NCBI RefSeq assembly: GCF_003334335.1
Contig: NZ_QOWQ01000207.1
DNA length: 353 nucleotides
Source of the DNA: Escherichia coli
GTDB taxonomy: Bacteria > Pseudomonadota > Gammaproteobacteria > Enterobacterales > Enterobacteriaceae
Reading direction: 5' to 3' (one strand)
Position 1 is the first letter of the stretch; every line of letters starts with the position of its first letter. The position numbers and the translations under genes were made by a program. The notes under the pieces are model-generated. The model did no database searches. It was not told the origin of the DNA and worked only from the letters and a program-made list of their open reading frames with translations. Shown here piece after piece: positions 1 to 353 of this stretch.

Positions 1-353
1 AACGGACTGTACGCCGTCCAGATATGGAATGTGATGGAGCGCGGCGGCGGAATTTCATTATCCGCGGCGCTGAAAAACGTCAGACCGTCGCGGGTCCACA
101 TCCCCGTGTTTTCACAGATCCACCGCCCGTTGCTCTGGTCAAGCTCAGACTGATGGATCACGCAGCCATGATGTTCACAGAGGTAGAAAACGCTTTCGGG
201 GCTGTCCTTCTCCCATTTAAGGCCAAAAGGCGTGGACTCATCGCCAAATTTCAGATACTGCGCCTCCCCACAGTGCGGGCAGGGCACATAAAAACGCATG
301 AAATGCGCCGACTCGTTGGCCGCTTTTTCGATCTGGCAGGAGCCTTTTATTTT
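1..353 (-). CDS. Phage terminase large subunit, lambda gpA family (homolog of lambda gene A product); internal fragment, partial at both ends
   Basis: Minus-strand frame with codons at 353-351, 350-348 ... 5-3 is open for all 117 codons. The translation contains blocks that I recognise from lambda gpA: CQIE(K/R)AA.ES.HFMRF, CPHCGE.QYLKFGD, TPFGLKW, SVFYLCEH, TRDG, and the C-terminal block TFHIWTAYSP. Plus-strand frames 1 and 2 have stops at 151-153 (tga) and 32-34 (tga). Plus-strand frame 3 is also open but is the exact antisense register of the coding frame. The match to lambda gpA is from memory, not a computed alignment. Confidence 0.93.
162..281 (-). other. Cys cluster C-x2-C-x30-C-x4-C inside the terminase CDS (CPHC ... 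CEHHGC); candidate zinc-ribbon-like metal-binding motif
   Basis: Cysteine codons read directly from the sequence: 279-281 (gca, rc tgc), 270-272 (aca, rc tgt), 177-179 (aca, rc tgt) and 162-164 (gca, rc tgc). The spacing gives CPHC, then 30 residues, then CEHHGC. The same spacing appears in lambda gpA as I recall it (CPHCGEEQYLKFG ... YLCEHNAC). Metal binding is inferred from the pattern, not demonstrated. Confidence 0.45.

Noticed and set aside
41-50. Short GC-rich triplet run gcggcggcgg
   Set aside because: Only about three units. On the coding strand it is simply CCG CCG CCG, a Pro-Pro-Pro stretch in the protein. It is too short to count as a tandem repeat or slippage tract, and there is no sign of CRISPR-like repeat-spacer structure anywhere in the window.
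297-299. Internal ATG on the minus strand (Met19 of the fragment; another at 99-101, Met85) as a possible translation start
   Set aside because: No Shine-Dalgarno-like purine-rich sequence lies at the right spacing upstream, the frame is open and homologous to gpA on both sides, and the corresponding lambda residues are internal. These are internal methionines, not starts.
3-353. Plus-strand frame 3 is open across the whole window (contains ATG at 24-26) and could be called as a forward ORF
   Set aside because: It is the exact antisense register of the terminase reading frame. It stays open only because the sense strand lacks TTA, CTA and TCA codons, which is expected at this GC content and codon bias. 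Its translation is Arg/Pro/Ala-rich low-complexity sequence with no recognisable homology, whereas the minus frame gives a clear terminase match.
309-353. T-rich tracts (ctttttcg at 313-320, ttttatttt at 345-353) resembling the U-tract of a rho-independent terminator on the plus strand
   Set aside because: The preceding sequence forms no stable GC-rich stem-loop (at best a 3-bp stem), and the region lies inside the continuous minus-strand ORF, where it encodes K-I-K and E-K-A. It is coding sequence, not a terminator.

Overview
The whole 353-bp window is an internal fragment of one protein-coding gene on the minus strand: a lambda-family (gpA-type) phage terminase large subunit. Translating the reverse complement from position 353 gives 117 codons with no stop: KIKGSCQIEKAANESAHFMRFYVPCPHCGEAQYLKFGDESTPFGLKWEKDSPESVFYLCEHHGCVIHQSELDQSNGRWICENTGMWTRDGLTFFSAADNEIPPPRSITFHIWTAYSP. 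From memory, this matches the central part of phage lambda gpA (gene A product) block for block. The gene is truncated at both window edges, so no start, stop, promoter or terminator is visible. I find no RNA gene, CRISPR array, mobile-element end or meaningful repeat. GC is about 54% by hand count, and codon choice (CTG, CCG, GCG) fits an enterobacterial host or its phage. The window most likely lies in the DNA-packaging module of a lambdoid phage or prophage. Nothing in these 353 bases supports a novel or undescribed system; the only feature beyond the plain annotation is a conserved four-cysteine cluster inside the terminase. All homology statements rest on my recollection of lambda gpA and need confirmation by database search.
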